DNA of 64,000 bases from Eubacteriales bacterium (GCA_018384735.1 JAHAXB010000031.1:46117-110116); one strand, 5' to 3'; positions 9,250 through 19,588 are shown, counted from the stretch's first letter. Numbers and translations are program-made. Notes: generated from the letters alone by a model not told the origin.

Positions 9250-9560
9250 GCTTGTTTTCCTTTCAACAAATCTTGCAAAACAGACTTCGGCGCAAAACCC
9301 ACATTACGGGTTAGCTCTTGTCCGTCCCGCAACAAAACCACACACGGAATCGACATCACGCCGTACTCACGCGCCAAACCTTGGTTTTGATCCACATTCA
9401 CGGAAACAAATTTGACAGCTTTTTCTTCGTTCGCCAACTGCTCCAAAACAGGTTTTAACATTTGGCATGGCCCACACCAGTCTGCATTAAAGTCCACTAC
9501 TACTAAACCCTTTTGGTTGATAACCTCACTTTCAAAATTATTTTCATCAACGATTTGCAT
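9246..9560 (-). CDS. trxA: Thioredoxin
   Basis: WCGPC active site. 104 aa. AGGAGG RBS. Confidence 0.92.
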   Translation of the reverse strand: MQIVDENNFESEVINQKGLVVVDFNADWCGPCQMLKPVLEQLANEEKAVKFVSVNVDQNQGLAREYGVMSIPCVVLLRDGQELTRNVGFAPKSVLQDLLKGKQA

Positions 9561-9666
9561 TTTTACCTCCTTTGTTATTGTGCAAATTTTCTATCATAGA
9601 TATACCACACCGTTCCGTTAAAGTCATTTTAATTCAATTGAATTTTATTCAACTCAATTCGTATAA

Positions 9667-9689
9667 TAAAAAACTGCCAATCGGCAGTT
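9667..9689 (-). terminator. Rho-independent terminator of ORF 9694..10851
   Basis: Minus-strand stem CTGCC-gatt-GGCAG followed by TTTTTT. Confidence 0.65.
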
Positions 9690-9693
9690 GAAT

Positions 9694-10851
9694 TTATTTC
9701 TTTTTATTACGACGAGCGATTTCCGCATCCAAAGCCTGACCAATTGCTTCCAGCGAGAAGTCGTCTTCCGCGGGGGCTTGAACTTCGGATGGTTCAACCG
9801 GCAATGGTTTTAATTTTTCGACCGGTTCCACTACTTCGGCTTGTACGTTTTTTTTGGCAGCACGCACCGCGCGTTTCACTTCGCCGATCATGATATTGTC
9901 CGCAAACTTATTCAGCAAGTTGACCCGGTCCACGCTCAATAAATCGTCGTCTTCGGTTGGTTCTGCTGTTGTTACTGGTGACGGTTCGCTTACTGGCGTT
10001 GCCACTGGTTCTGACATTACTGGTTCCGCGGCAGCATTTTCCTCACTCACCACATCGGAAGCATTAACCGCCACTGGTTGTGGTGTTGTTTTTTCGGTTA
10101 AGCGGATAATTTCGCGTTCGTTGTCTACACCGCTCATGACTACCTTAGTTTCGGCTTCTTTTTGGCGGATAATATAATCGCGCACTTCAATGACTTGTTT
10201 TTGGGTTAATTCACCCACAGTCACATACAACGGTTTTTTATTTTTACCAAATTTTTCCGGGTAAGCATCAACCACAATGAATGGCTTAGCAATACTTAAA
10301 AACGCCACACTATTTTCTTTCAGCGCCATAAAAATTCCGTCACGGTAATTATTTTTCTCTTTATTAAAACGATAGACGAAAAAAGCTAACACTATTTGCA
10401 ATACTGGCATAATCGCCGCCAAGCCCACGCCCAACAACGGGTTTTTGGTTTCGGTGATGAACAAATTAACACCCACACTGCCCGCCGCCAAAATCACAGA
10501 AACAATGGTAATCAACGGCGAAACCACCGGAATATCTTTTTGTCCCACCAAGCGGTCGTATTCTTTGCGGGTCATGCAACGCACTTTACCATCTTTGACC
10601 ATGACCGGATATTGCCCATCGTCTTGGTCAAATTTGTGCAAAAAGTCGCGGTACAAATACAAAGATTCACGTTCTTTGGCGTCTTCGGGAACGAACTTTG
10701 CCTTACGCCACAATTTAGCCATACTGGTTAATTGCACGGCGCAATAGTTTTTTTGGTTATCAATCCGGCGAATGGTGTTAAAAGTCCACCACAAAGCCAA
10801 GAGCGCCGTGGCGGCAATAAAACCAATGATGATCAGATTGTATCTGTCCAT
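9694..10851 (-). CDS. Membrane protein with a Pro/Glu/Val-rich C-terminal half, function unknown
   Basis: 385-aa ORF with an N-terminal TM and central TM helices. Low-complexity stretch EPVMSEPVATPVSEPSPV. GGGGGA RBS. TTGCCA, 17 nt, TAAAAT promoter upstream. Confidence 0.6.
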   Translation of the reverse strand: MDRYNLIIIGFIAATALLALWWTFNTIRRIDNQKNYCAVQLTSMAKLWRKAKFVPEDAKERESLYLYRDFLHKFDQDDGQYPVMVKDGKVRCMTRKEYDRLVGQKDIPVVSPLITIVSVILAAGSVGVNLFITETKNPLLGVGLAAIMPVLQIVLAFFVYRFNKEKNNYRDGIFMALKENSVAFLSIAKPFIVVDAYPEKFGKNKKPLYVTVGELTQKQVIEVRDYIIRQKEAETKVVMSGVDNEREIIRLTEKTTPQPVAVNASDVVSEENAAAEPVMSEPVATPVSEPSPVTTAEPTEDDDLLSVDRVNLLNKFADNIMIGEVKRAVRAAKKNVQAEVVEPVEKLKPLPVEPSEVQAPAEDDFSLEAIGQALDAEIARRNKKK

Positions 10852-11005
10852 AGTTCCCCCAAACTTATGTAACTATTTTAACGAAAAAAACATACTTTGG
10901 CAAATCATTATCAAACAATCAAAAACCGCCAATTTTCACAACACGTGTCGCAATTTTTGCGGTTTTTACTCTACAACCATGTACTTTTATGTTAAACTAT
11001 CCTGC

Positions 11006-11854
11006 ATGGAAAAAGAATTTGCCACCAAAGCTGAAGAGGTTGAAAGCAGTTTACGCAAAGGCAGTTTTCACAAAACGATTTTTGCCAAATTTTGCCGTGC
11101 CATTAACGAATACAATTTAATCCAACCCCACGACAAAATTGCGGTCTGCATTTCGGGTGGTAAAGACAGCATGCTGATGGCCAAACTTTTTCAAGAACTT
11201 AAACGCCACAACAAAATTCCGTTCGAGTTAGTATTCTTGGTCATGGACCCGGGTTACAGCCCCGCCAATCGCCAATTGATTGAAAACAACCTCAAGTTAT
11301 TAAACATTCCCGCCACTTTTTTCACGACCGAAATTTTTGCCAACGTCGCTCAGGTGGAAAAATCGCCGTGTTACCTGTGCGCACGCATGCGCCGTGGTCA
11401 CCTGTATCACCAAGCCCAACTGCTGGGTTGTAACAAAATTGCTTTGGGGCACCATTATGATGATGTGATTGAAACCATTTTAATGGGGATGCTTTATGGC
11501 GGACAAGTCCAAACCATGATGCCCAAATTATACAGTAGAAACTTCCCCGGTATGGAACTAATTCGCCCCATGTATCTGGTTCGTGAACAAGATATTTTAC
11601 ACTGGCGTGACACGCACCAACTGACTTTCATCCAATGTGCCTGTAAGTTTACCGCCGACAACGCGCACGACGAACACAATTCAAAACGCAAAAGCGTGAA
11701 ACAGCTGATTGCCCAGTTAAAACAAAACGACCCACAAATTGAACGCAACATCTTCCGCAGCATGGAAAACGTCAACTTAGCCACCGTGATTACTTACAAA
11801 GACAAAGACGGCAATTACCACAATTTCCAAGACGACTACCACCCCAAACACTGA
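11006..11854 (+). CDS. ttcA: tRNA 2-thiocytidine biosynthesis TtcA-family PP-loop ATPase
   Basis: PP-loop CISGGKDS, plus CYLCARMRRGHLY and GHHYDDVIET. Start set at MEKEF, 7 nt after the extended -10 TGtTAAACT. Confidence 0.8.
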   Translation: MEKEFATKAEEVESSLRKGSFHKTIFAKFCRAINEYNLIQPHDKIAVCISGGKDSMLMAKLFQELKRHNKIPFELVFLVMDPGYSPANRQLIENNLKLLNIPATFFTTEIFANVAQVEKSPCYLCARMRRGHLYHQAQLLGCNKIALGHHYDDVIETILMGMLYGGQVQTMMPKLYSRNFPGMELIRPMYLVREQDILHWRDTHQLTFIQCACKFTADNAHDEHNSKRKSVKQLIAQLKQNDPQIERNIFRSMENVNLATVITYKDKDGNYHNFQDDYHPKH

Positions 11855-11897
11855 TTTTTTGGTTACGTTTATTTTTAGCGTATGTTATAATCAGAGT

Positions 11898-12323
11898 ATG
11901 AAATATGCATTCAATGTAATTTTTTACAATTTATTCGGCGCCGGGGCTGGTTTAGCGGTCGGTGCTTACTTGGGACATTTACACCAATTATGGGTCATCA
12001 TTCCAGTCGTCTTGGCGGGTGTATTCCTCATTGCCGCCATCATTACCACGACCATGATTGTAAAAATGGAACGCGCCGCCAAAAATGCTGGTGTCAGCTT
12101 GAAACGCAAAGATATTATTTTACAAGCAGGTCAAGAATACACTGTTGCTAAACGCAGCAAAATTCGCCCCGGCGAATACCAAGTCATGTCTACCGACGAA
12201 AACGACAAAAGTTTCAATTTACGTATCAACGACTATGTGAAAGAATACAAGCACAATACAACCGTAGTTTTGGCCGAGGGCGATACCATTTCTCCACGTT
12301 CGGCTAATGTCATTTTACGTTAA
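11898..12323 (+). CDS. Small membrane protein (2 TM plus a soluble C-terminal domain), function unknown
   Basis: Start at MKYAFNV, 6 nt after the extended -10 TGtTATAAT (11886-11891). Confidence 0.55.
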   Translation: MKYAFNVIFYNLFGAGAGLAVGAYLGHLHQLWVIIPVVLAGVFLIAAIITTTMIVKMERAAKNAGVSLKRKDIILQAGQEYTVAKRSKIRPGEYQVMSTDENDKSFNLRINDYVKEYKHNTTVVLAEGDTISPRSANVILR

Positions 12324-12350
12324 GTAAAATCGTATGATTATAATAAAGTT

Positions 12351-13001
12351 ATGATGAAAAAAATCGGTGCAGTCTTATGTTTATTTTTCGTGGCGGTGGC
12401 TTTATCAGCGTGCAACGCTTTTCACGCTGACACAACCAAAAACTATCCGCAAGAAAACCCGCAAGAAACCACAGTTTTTCTGCGTGTTAATACCGACGCA
12501 ATCCCAGACGGCTCGACTATTGCTGACGAATTAACTAAATGGAAAGCGAACGTTCTCATGCAACAATCCACGGAAGCAACTGCCACCAAGATTATCGACA
12601 TCAAATATGATACCGAAACCCCCAGCGTTTACCGCGCCGACCTGACCATCCAAAATGTACCAGACTCAGTTTTAACCAAGACCGTGCGCCCGTTCAAAAT
12701 TACTTATCACCAAAGTATTTACAACCCGATTGCCCTGCTACCGGAGACCGACATTTTCCAATACAATGTTTTGTACAGTTCGGAACGCCGCCACAGTGAG
12801 TCTTCTGCTACCGAGTCCGACTACATTGACGGCGAGTACGCCTACTACTGGACGGACGCCACAACGGTTGAATTTACCGACGTGTATCCGAACCGCCCAC
12901 TTTACATTGTTTTGGTTTTCGCTGGTGCGTTAGTAATTGGCGTCGCAGTTTATCTCATCAGCCGATATTATGATTGTAAAAAACGCAAACACCAGTTATA
13001 A
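12351..13001 (+). CDS. Lipoprotein-like envelope protein with a C-terminal TM, function unknown
   Basis: Signal peptide with lipobox ALSAC. C-terminal TM LYIVLVFAGALVIGVAVYLI. TATAAT lies 6 nt upstream of the ATG. Confidence 0.55.
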   Translation: MMKKIGAVLCLFFVAVALSACNAFHADTTKNYPQENPQETTVFLRVNTDAIPDGSTIADELTKWKANVLMQQSTEATATKIIDIKYDTETPSVYRADLTIQNVPDSVLTKTVRPFKITYHQSIYNPIALLPETDIFQYNVLYSSERRHSESSATESDYIDGEYAYYWTDATTVEFTDVYPNRPLYIVLVFAGALVIGVAVYLISRYYDCKKRKHQL

Positions 13002-13009
13002 TAACGATT

Positions 13010-13768
13010 ATGGCAATAGCAGTATTCGGTGACATTCACGGCAACCTCGAAGCCTTGGAAGCCATCTTAAAAGATATTAAGCGCAACCGTAAAATTACCG
13101 CGACCTATTATTTAGGCGACGCAATTGTTTTTGGTCCGGACAGCGCGGCATGCTTGCGTTTGTTGCAAAAATATAAAGTCAACTGTGTTTTGGGCAATCA
13201 CGAACAACGCGTAACCAAATATGATGAGTCCGCCACCGCGATGACCTACGCCAACAAAGATTTAATCGAAGCCACCTTCGCCTCACTCAGTCGCGAAGAT
13301 TTGGCTTACATTTCTCAAATGCCGTTGGAATTAAAAATCAATTATCAAGGCGCCAACATTTTGTTCACCCACTACTGCCACGACGAAACGGGCAAAGTCA
13401 TTGACAACCAAATTGAATTTAACGAAAAAGAACTTCAAAAGTATTTCAAAAGTAAAAAATGCGACGTAGTTTTCTTCGGACATTTGCACAAGCGTAAAAT
13501 CTTGATTGACGAAGAAAAACACTCTTATGTTTTGCAAGGTAGTTCGGGTTGCGTAAAAACCGACACCACTTTCTACACTTTGTTTAATGTTGTTGATAAC
13601 TACGGCGACGGTAAAAATTTCGATATTTACCGCGTCGATGTGAAATATAACCGCAAACGTTTTGTTGCCAAAATGCAAGCGGCGAACTTACCGGGTAAAG
13701 AAATTTATGCGCCGTTCTGCTTCGGCATCGAATTCAATCAAAAGGAGAACCAAAACCATGAACGATGA
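13010..13768 (+). CDS. Metallophosphoesterase (calcineurin-like, YfcE-type)
   Basis: Motifs GDIHGN, GDAIVFG, GNHE and GHLH. Confidence 0.8.
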   Translation: MAIAVFGDIHGNLEALEAILKDIKRNRKITATYYLGDAIVFGPDSAACLRLLQKYKVNCVLGNHEQRVTKYDESATAMTYANKDLIEATFASLSREDLAYISQMPLELKINYQGANILFTHYCHDETGKVIDNQIEFNEKELQKYFKSKKCDVVFFGHLHKRKILIDEEKHSYVLQGSSGCVKTDTTFYTLFNVVDNYGDGKNFDIYRVDVKYNRKRFVAKMQAANLPGKEIYAPFCFGIEFNQKENQNHER

Positions 13769-14189
13769 AATTAAAGAAATTGCGGAAAAATTTTTAACGG
13801 AAGAAAAGGTTTCCCCCAAGGCCGCCCTGTTAATGGCCAGTTTGGGTCTGAACAAAAGCGCGGGCGACATTGCAGACATCGCTTACGGTGTTAATTTCAG
13901 CCAACACGCATATAACGAAGAACGCCGCCAACAAATGGTGGAATTTTTGGGTTACGCCATGTTGAACTGGCAAATCTTGGCATTAAGCACTGGCATTTCC
14001 GCTGACGAAATCGCCAAGCAGTTTTCTAACGAATGGATGACCAAACGCACCGGCAAAGCGTCCATCAAAGCGTTACTTAAACATTTGAAACCAAACACCC
14101 ACACCACGGAAAACACGGCGGAAGCCAAACCCGCGTTGGATAAAGCCACCCGCGATGCAGCCATCAACAACTTTTTCCGCCAACTGTAA
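13758..14189 (+). CDS. Small helical cytoplasmic protein, function unknown
   Basis: AAGGAG RBS. Start MNDEIKE overlaps the previous gene's end by 11 nt. Confidence 0.55.
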   Translation: MNDEIKEIAEKFLTEEKVSPKAALLMASLGLNKSAGDIADIAYGVNFSQHAYNEERRQQMVEFLGYAMLNWQILALSTGISADEIAKQFSNEWMTKRTGKASIKALLKHLKPNTHTTENTAEAKPALDKATRDAAINNFFRQL

Positions 14190-14957
14190 TTAAAAATTTA
14201 CGATCAGCAGTCCGGCGCCCAAGATTAACAAATAAAACGCAAACCACCGCAAATCAATTTTGCGGGTTAAATCTAACATCCATTTAATGGCGATAATCCC
14301 CGCAACAAAAGCCGTCACAAACGCCAAAAGAATGTTACCGGTACCTAAATTTTGCAGACTGCCACCGCGTAACAGTTCAAACAGTAATGAACCCACAATA
14401 ATGGGTATTGACATTAAAAACGAAAAATCCGTTGCCGCGGCTGGTTGCATACCACACAAACGCCCCGTCGTAATGGTCAGTCCACTGCGCGATAAACCGG
14501 GTACCACCGCTACGCCTTGCGCCAAACCCACCGCAACCGCCTGCCACCACGGGTTCTTTTCCGGCAGATGCTGTAACTTTTTGCGTAAAACAGTGGGCAA
14601 CAATAAATAAATTCCCGCAACCATGAACGCATACGGCAAAGCCCGTACCGTAAACAAATGCTCAATCACATCATGAAAAATTAACACTACCACGCACGAC
14701 ACCGTGGTTGCCAACAACAAAAGTCCGGTCGCTTTTTGCCACGGGTGGCGAACCAGTTGCCACAAACGTTTGCGGTAAACTACAATTACCGCCAGCAGTG
14801 TCGCCAAATGTAACAACACCGTCAGCAATAATCCGCCCTCCGTAATCCCGAACCAAGTTTCAAATAATAATAGATGACCGCTGGACGAAATTGGCAAAAA
14901 TTCAGCTAAGCCCTGCACTAACCCTAAAAACACGGCGGCATACCAAGTCATAATCAT
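14190..14957 (-). CDS. uppP: Undecaprenyl-diphosphatase (BacA/UppP)
   Basis: Motif GLVQGLAEFLPISSSGHL near the N-terminus, with multi-TM topology. Start set at MIMTWYAAV. Confidence 0.88.
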   Translation of the reverse strand: MIMTWYAAVFLGLVQGLAEFLPISSSGHLLLFETWFGITEGGLLLTVLLHLATLLAVIVVYRKRLWQLVRHPWQKATGLLLLATTVSCVVVLIFHDVIEHLFTVRALPYAFMVAGIYLLLPTVLRKKLQHLPEKNPWWQAVAVGLAQGVAVVPGLSRSGLTITTGRLCGMQPAAATDFSFLMSIPIIVGSLLFELLRGGSLQNLGTGNILLAFVTAFVAGIIAIKWMLDLTRKIDLRWFAFYLLILGAGLLIVNF

Positions 14958-15009
14958 GTGTATGTTTTCGTTTGGTAAAAAATGGCACCCAGTGTTATCA
15001 TTTAATATC

Positions 15010-15270
15010 ATGCAAAAAGAAGATTTAATCAAACGTCTGCGTTTATTTGCCGCCATTGCCACCACCCTTTTTGTGGTTATGGTGGTAGCATTGTTGGTGC
15101 AGTTTGGTTTTATTGCTAATTATCACAAAGAGATTCGCGACTTGAAAGAAAACAACAACCAATTACAACAAGAAGATGAAAATTTACAAAAAGATGCTGC
15201 TTACTATAGTCCCAACGGAGAAGGTCCAAAAGACGAGGGAATTCGCAACGCCGGAGCCCAACAAAATTAA
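15010..15270 (+). CDS. Small bitopic coiled-coil protein, FtsB/DivIC-like (tentative)
   Basis: TM helix followed by the heptad-like stretch EIRDLKENNNQLQQEDENLQKD. Start at MQKEDL. Confidence 0.45.
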   Translation: MQKEDLIKRLRLFAAIATTLFVVMVVALLVQFGFIANYHKEIRDLKENNNQLQQEDENLQKDAAYYSPNGEGPKDEGIRNAGAQQN

Positions 15271-15279
15271 GGTCACGCC

Positions 15280-16005
15280 ATGTCAACCACGAAAGATGAA
15301 CTGAACGCCAATATCCATGCGGGTCGCCGTCAAAAATTACGCGACCGCTTTTTGGCGAGTGGTCTCGACAATTTCAACGAATGTGAAGTTTTGGAATTCG
15401 CTTTAGGCTACTGTATTCCGCGTCAGGATACTAATCCCGCGGCGCACAGTTTAATTGATACGTTTGGTACCTTACCAGCCGTCATGGATGCAGAGCCCGC
15501 CGCTTTAACCCGGGCCTTTGGTATCGGTGAACAAGCCAGCACTTTCTTACATTTCTTGAAAGAGTTTTCGGTTTACTTAAACAAACACCGCATTAACAAA
15601 GTTAAAATCATTACACCACAAAACGCAATTGACTATTTACAACCACTCATGCGGGCTTACCCCGTCGAAGAGTTTATTGTAATTTGTTTAGATAACGCCG
15701 GTAATGTGTTAAAAATTCATAACATTACTAACAAAGAATTGGACATGGTTCATGTCAGCGTGCGTGAAATTATTGCCGTGGTTACCTCCATCAAAACGGC
15801 TCAAGTCGTTTTAGCGCATAACCACTTGAACGAAAATCCCGAACCATCCATCAGTGATATGCAACTTACCCGTCGTTTGTGGTTGACCTTTGATAACTTA
15901 GGTATCAAGTTTTTGGACCACATAATTTTTGCGGACGATAAAAATTATTCATTTCATTGTAGCGGCTTAATGGAAGTTTTGAAAACCGGCGTGCCAAAGG
16001 AATAA
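15280..16005 (+). CDS. radC: RadC-family JAB-domain protein
   Basis: N-terminal HhH region RRQKLRDRFLASGLDNFNECEVLEFAL. JAMM-like HNHLNENPEPSISD. Confidence 0.85.
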   Translation: MSTTKDELNANIHAGRRQKLRDRFLASGLDNFNECEVLEFALGYCIPRQDTNPAAHSLIDTFGTLPAVMDAEPAALTRAFGIGEQASTFLHFLKEFSVYLNKHRINKVKIITPQNAIDYLQPLMRAYPVEEFIVICLDNAGNVLKIHNITNKELDMVHVSVREIIAVVTSIKTAQVVLAHNHLNENPEPSISDMQLTRRLWLTFDNLGIKFLDHIIFADDKNYSFHCSGLMEVLKTGVPKE

Positions 16006-16078
16006 TCAAAAGTACTTATAAACCAATAACGAAACGCAAATCGACAAATAAACCCAAAAATAGAACATAGTTAAAATA

Positions 16079-16107
16079 TTGACAAAAAATCCATTCGCGA
16101 TAATAAT
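16079..16107 (+). promoter_or_regulatory. Sigma-70-type promoter of lepB (leaderless configuration)
   Basis: TTGACA (16079-16084), 17 nt, AATAAT (16102-16107), then 7 nt to the ATG at 16115. Confidence 0.6.
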
Positions 16108-16114
16108 AAGATTG

Positions 16115-17089
16115 ATGGAGAAAAAATTTGTCGGTCAAGAATACATGGCCGCAACAAATGGCAAAGGACTGCACCAACAATCCAAAGGTCACCGTATTTT
16201 GTCACGTCTGACCATGATTTCTTCCACGGCAGTTACCATCGTTTCTGTCATGATTGTCGCCTTTTGCGTCTTTTTTCATTTGAACCAAGTTAATGGTCCC
16301 TCCATGATGACCACTTTGAATGCTACGGGCAAAGATACCGACAGCGCGCTAACCTGCACCTTGGGTGAACCCGCCGTGGGTGACATTGTGATTATGAAAT
16401 TTTACATCCAAAATAACTTTCATGTTAATTTTTTGAACGCCGCCAACGGTGACCAAAACGCCTTAAACAATCTGCACCAATATGAATATAATCATGTCAA
16501 GATTTATCAAAACTACAACCAGCAAATGGCTGCCAATAAGTTGCAAACATTAAAGAAAGAACGCTATGTTGAATCAGATAAAAACGGCAATTATGAATTG
16601 ATTATTAAACGCCTGATTGGTAAACCAGGGGATAAAATTAGCATGCATAACGTCGGCGATAAATACTATCTTTATTTGAACGGAGAACCTTTGGACGAAT
16701 CATATTTGGATCCGGTTGTCGCAGAACACAACGCGCCGAACTTCAAACGCTTGTGGTACATTTTGAACGGCGATGAGCAAGCCGACCTGCACGATTGGGT
16801 CACCACCAATGTCGACGACCTGTTAAGTTATAACCCCGACCAAACCACCGGCGCCAGCGCGTACCAATTAACCGTACCAGAAAACTATTATTTTGTTTTA
16901 GGTGATAACCGCGGTAGCGCAGATAGCACCTGGCCACACAGCTGGGATTCCAGTGCCTTTGGCCCCTTGCCCATTAGTAGTTACACCAGCCGTTGCGTTG
17001 ACATTCTTCCGAACGAAACCACAATGGCGGAATATTTGTGGGATAAATTTATTTACTATGTTTGCTTTGGTTGGGCGTGGCAAAAATGA
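16115..17089 (+). CDS. lepB: Signal peptidase I (S26) with a large insertion
   Basis: Catalytic Ser box VNGPSMMTTL, Lys box IKRLIGKPGDKI, and GDNRGSADS. Confidence 0.85.
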   Translation: MEKKFVGQEYMAATNGKGLHQQSKGHRILSRLTMISSTAVTIVSVMIVAFCVFFHLNQVNGPSMMTTLNATGKDTDSALTCTLGEPAVGDIVIMKFYIQNNFHVNFLNAANGDQNALNNLHQYEYNHVKIYQNYNQQMAANKLQTLKKERYVESDKNGNYELIIKRLIGKPGDKISMHNVGDKYYLYLNGEPLDESYLDPVVAEHNAPNFKRLWYILNGDEQADLHDWVTTNVDDLLSYNPDQTTGASAYQLTVPENYYFVLGDNRGSADSTWPHSWDSSAFGPLPISSYTSRCVDILPNETTMAEYLWDKFIYYVCFGWAWQK

Positions 17090-17823
17090 AACCCAAGATT
17101 GTGATTCTTTCCGGCTTAACCGCCAGCGGGAAAACCGCTTTGTCCATTGAATTAGCCAAACAGTTCAACGCGGAAATCATTTCGGCGGACAGTCGCCAAG
17201 TTTATCAGGGCTTAGACATCGGTTCCGCCAAAATTACCTCCAGCGAAATGCAGGGCGTAACCCACCACTGTCTCGACATTGTTGACCCCGGACAAAATAC
17301 GCACTATTCGGTCGGCGATTTCCAGCGCGACGCTTACCGCACCATTGATGAAATGATTGCTCGCGGTAAACTGCCCATGTTGGTGGGTGGCACCGGACTT
17401 TATACCCGCTCTGTGGCGGAAGGTTACGGTTTCGGTGACGAACCCAACAGTCCGCATTACGCTGTTTTGCAAATTTGCTTAATTCCGCCCAACACAATTT
17501 TAGCGCCCAAAGTACAACAGCGCAACCACGAACGCGTGGAACAAGGCATGTTTGACGAAACCCGCGCCCTTTTGGACAAAGGCGTACCCAGCGACTTTTT
17601 GTACAAACTCGGCTTGGAATACCGTTTGAATGTGCGTTACTTACAAGGCGAAATTGACCTCGACACCTACTATAACGAGTTGTACCACCAAACCATGCAG
17701 TTCATCAAACGCCAACGCACTTGGTACCGCAAGGAAAATCCTGCGTACACACATTATTTGACCGACCCGCAAACTTATCTTGCGGACGCGACCGCACTGC
17801 TCAATGATTTCCTTAGCAAATAA
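17086..17823 (+). CDS. miaA: tRNA dimethylallyltransferase (short form)
   Basis: P-loop GLTASGKTALS and ADSRQVYQGLDIGSAKIT. ATGA overlap with the lepB stop. Confidence 0.85.
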   Translation: MKPKIVILSGLTASGKTALSIELAKQFNAEIISADSRQVYQGLDIGSAKITSSEMQGVTHHCLDIVDPGQNTHYSVGDFQRDAYRTIDEMIARGKLPMLVGGTGLYTRSVAEGYGFGDEPNSPHYAVLQICLIPPNTILAPKVQQRNHERVEQGMFDETRALLDKGVPSDFLYKLGLEYRLNVRYLQGEIDLDTYYNELYHQTMQFIKRQRTWYRKENPAYTHYLTDPQTYLADATALLNDFLSK

Positions 17824-17894
17824 TTCGACAGATTTCTGATTTTTTTTGCGCCTAAGTATTGATTTCTGTTTTTTCATTATGCTAAAATTTTCAC

Positions 17895-18302
17895 ATGAAG
17901 AAATCACAATTACGTCCAGTGAACAAAAAAGCCTTAAAAACTGCCGCATTATTAGCAGTAACCGCGGCTTTAGGTTATCATACGTATACTAGATATCAAG
18001 CAAAGGCCAACCAAGCCAAAGCAATTAGCGAATTCCAAAATAACTTAGTTGAATCCAAAGACAACCAAACGAGCGACCAAATTAAAGTTAACCAACAAAC
18101 TGGTACCGAAACTTTAACTATTTCTGAAAAAGTACCGGAAATTGCCATCATTTACCACACCGACGGTAGCGTCTCAATTTTATATCACCGCACCGTTTAT
18201 TCATTGGCAGCTTTGATGGAAGAAGAACCCACCTTAGCGGCCAACATTCAAGCTTACATTACCGCCACTCATGACCAAGTTATCGATACCATGGAGCAAT
18301 AA
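17895..18302 (+). CDS. Small secreted or membrane-anchored protein ending in ..HDQVIDTMEQ, function unknown
   Basis: N-terminal basic region plus TM. The extended -10 TGcTAAAAT sits 6 nt upstream of the ATG. Confidence 0.55.
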   Translation: MKKSQLRPVNKKALKTAALLAVTAALGYHTYTRYQAKANQAKAISEFQNNLVESKDNQTSDQIKVNQQTGTETLTISEKVPEIAIIYHTDGSVSILYHRTVYSLAALMEEEPTLAANIQAYITATHDQVIDTMEQ

Positions 18303-18303
18303 G

Positions 18304-19533
18304 ATGGACCACGAATACAGTTATGCTTATACGGAACTGGTCATCCGCGACCCAAAAGCGGAACGCCACTACCGCACCGTTGACCCACGTAAATTAGAAT
18401 TCCGCCGTGGCACCGTGATTTGCCTTTCTGGTAACGCCGCCACCGATTTGAAGTCCGCCAACAGTTTTGCCAAAATGGCACAAACCAACTTGGACTTAAT
18501 GTTCAAAAGCAAGGACGGCAAAAACGCTTTGGATTATGTCGACATTTTCGGGGTTAAGTACGCCCGCCGCAGTAAAAATTATGGTTGCGGTTTCATGACT
18601 AAAGATTTCAGCAACCAATTAACCAATGCCATGCTGAAATTATTGACCGACCAAAATGGCCACCGTTTACCGGTTGACCAAGCTAAACAAAATTTTTCGC
18701 GCATTACTTTCTTCACATACTGCTACGGTAATTTGTGTTTGAACGACATCATCGACTTACTTAACGAAAAATTATTGGATTTAGGTTACACCGCCGAAGA
18801 AGTTACCAGCATCAACAACGCCAGCATGGAAGTTTCTTTCGCGGGCCTCAATCCGGCGGAAAACCGCTTGCCCAGCGTCCGCGTCCTCAGTTTTAATGAT
18901 CCAGTGGTCAGTTCGGATTTGAGTTACTTGGAAGCCAACGACCCCAAAATTCAAAATTTGGACGGGATTGCCCTGCACCAAGACCCAATTGGTCAACTAT
19001 ATGGACGTTCGCGCTGTAACGCCACAGCACCTAGTATCCAAGTAATTTCCAGCAACTTAATCGATCTTGAACATGGTTTTCATGTGATTTACAACGACCA
19101 CAACATTAAATGTGTCAGTTTCAACAAGGACTGGAAACTTAACCCTTGCGAAATTAACCACGAAAATTTTGCCCCCAGTAATAACGCCAAGTGCACCGCT
19201 GAATCCATGGCGATTGCAACTTGTTTTGGTGTTACTCACAGTTTGAACAACTTACACACCGAAGTTTATCAGCCGCACCAATGGGACGAACTGGTTGATG
19301 ACCTGCAATTCAACATTGACAGTTACGCTCCGAAAAAATTAAGTCATTTGAAAACCGAATTTACCTCGGAACAAATCAAAACTATGACGGATTATTACCG
19401 CCGCGAACTAAACAATCCACTACCGGGTTTCCGTATGGATGACGGTTTAACCATCACCAACAAAGAAGCGGGCTTAAAAACCAACATTGACGCCGCCCCG
19501 TTACAATACAACGGCGACCACCTGAAGGATTAA
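18304..19533 (+). CDS. Cytoplasmic 409-aa protein, possible alpha/beta-hydrolase-like fold with a Cys at the nucleophile elbow (speculative)
   Basis: Start is 1 nt after the preceding stop. Segments TVICLSGNA and ITFFTYCYGNL resemble the oxyanion and nucleophile-elbow strands. No TM or signal peptide. Confidence 0.55.
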   Translation: MDHEYSYAYTELVIRDPKAERHYRTVDPRKLEFRRGTVICLSGNAATDLKSANSFAKMAQTNLDLMFKSKDGKNALDYVDIFGVKYARRSKNYGCGFMTKDFSNQLTNAMLKLLTDQNGHRLPVDQAKQNFSRITFFTYCYGNLCLNDIIDLLNEKLLDLGYTAEEVTSINNASMEVSFAGLNPAENRLPSVRVLSFNDPVVSSDLSYLEANDPKIQNLDGIALHQDPIGQLYGRSRCNATAPSIQVISSNLIDLEHGFHVIYNDHNIKCVSFNKDWKLNPCEINHENFAPSNNAKCTAESMAIATCFGVTHSLNNLHTEVYQPHQWDELVDDLQFNIDSYAPKKLSHLKTEFTSEQIKTMTDYYRRELNNPLPGFRMDDGLTITNKEAGLKTNIDAAPLQYNGDHLKD

Positions 19534-19588
19534 CCCGTAAAATCCGCTAGTAAAAAAAATTTTTTGTGTTATAATCATTGTCTACATT

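Noticed and set aside
9631-9644. Perfect 14-bp palindrome AATTCAATTGAATT upstream of trxA.
   Set aside because: It is AT-only and short, so it could arise by chance in an AT-rich intergenic region. It matches no known operator consensus that I can name (it is not Rex-, Spx- or PerR-like).
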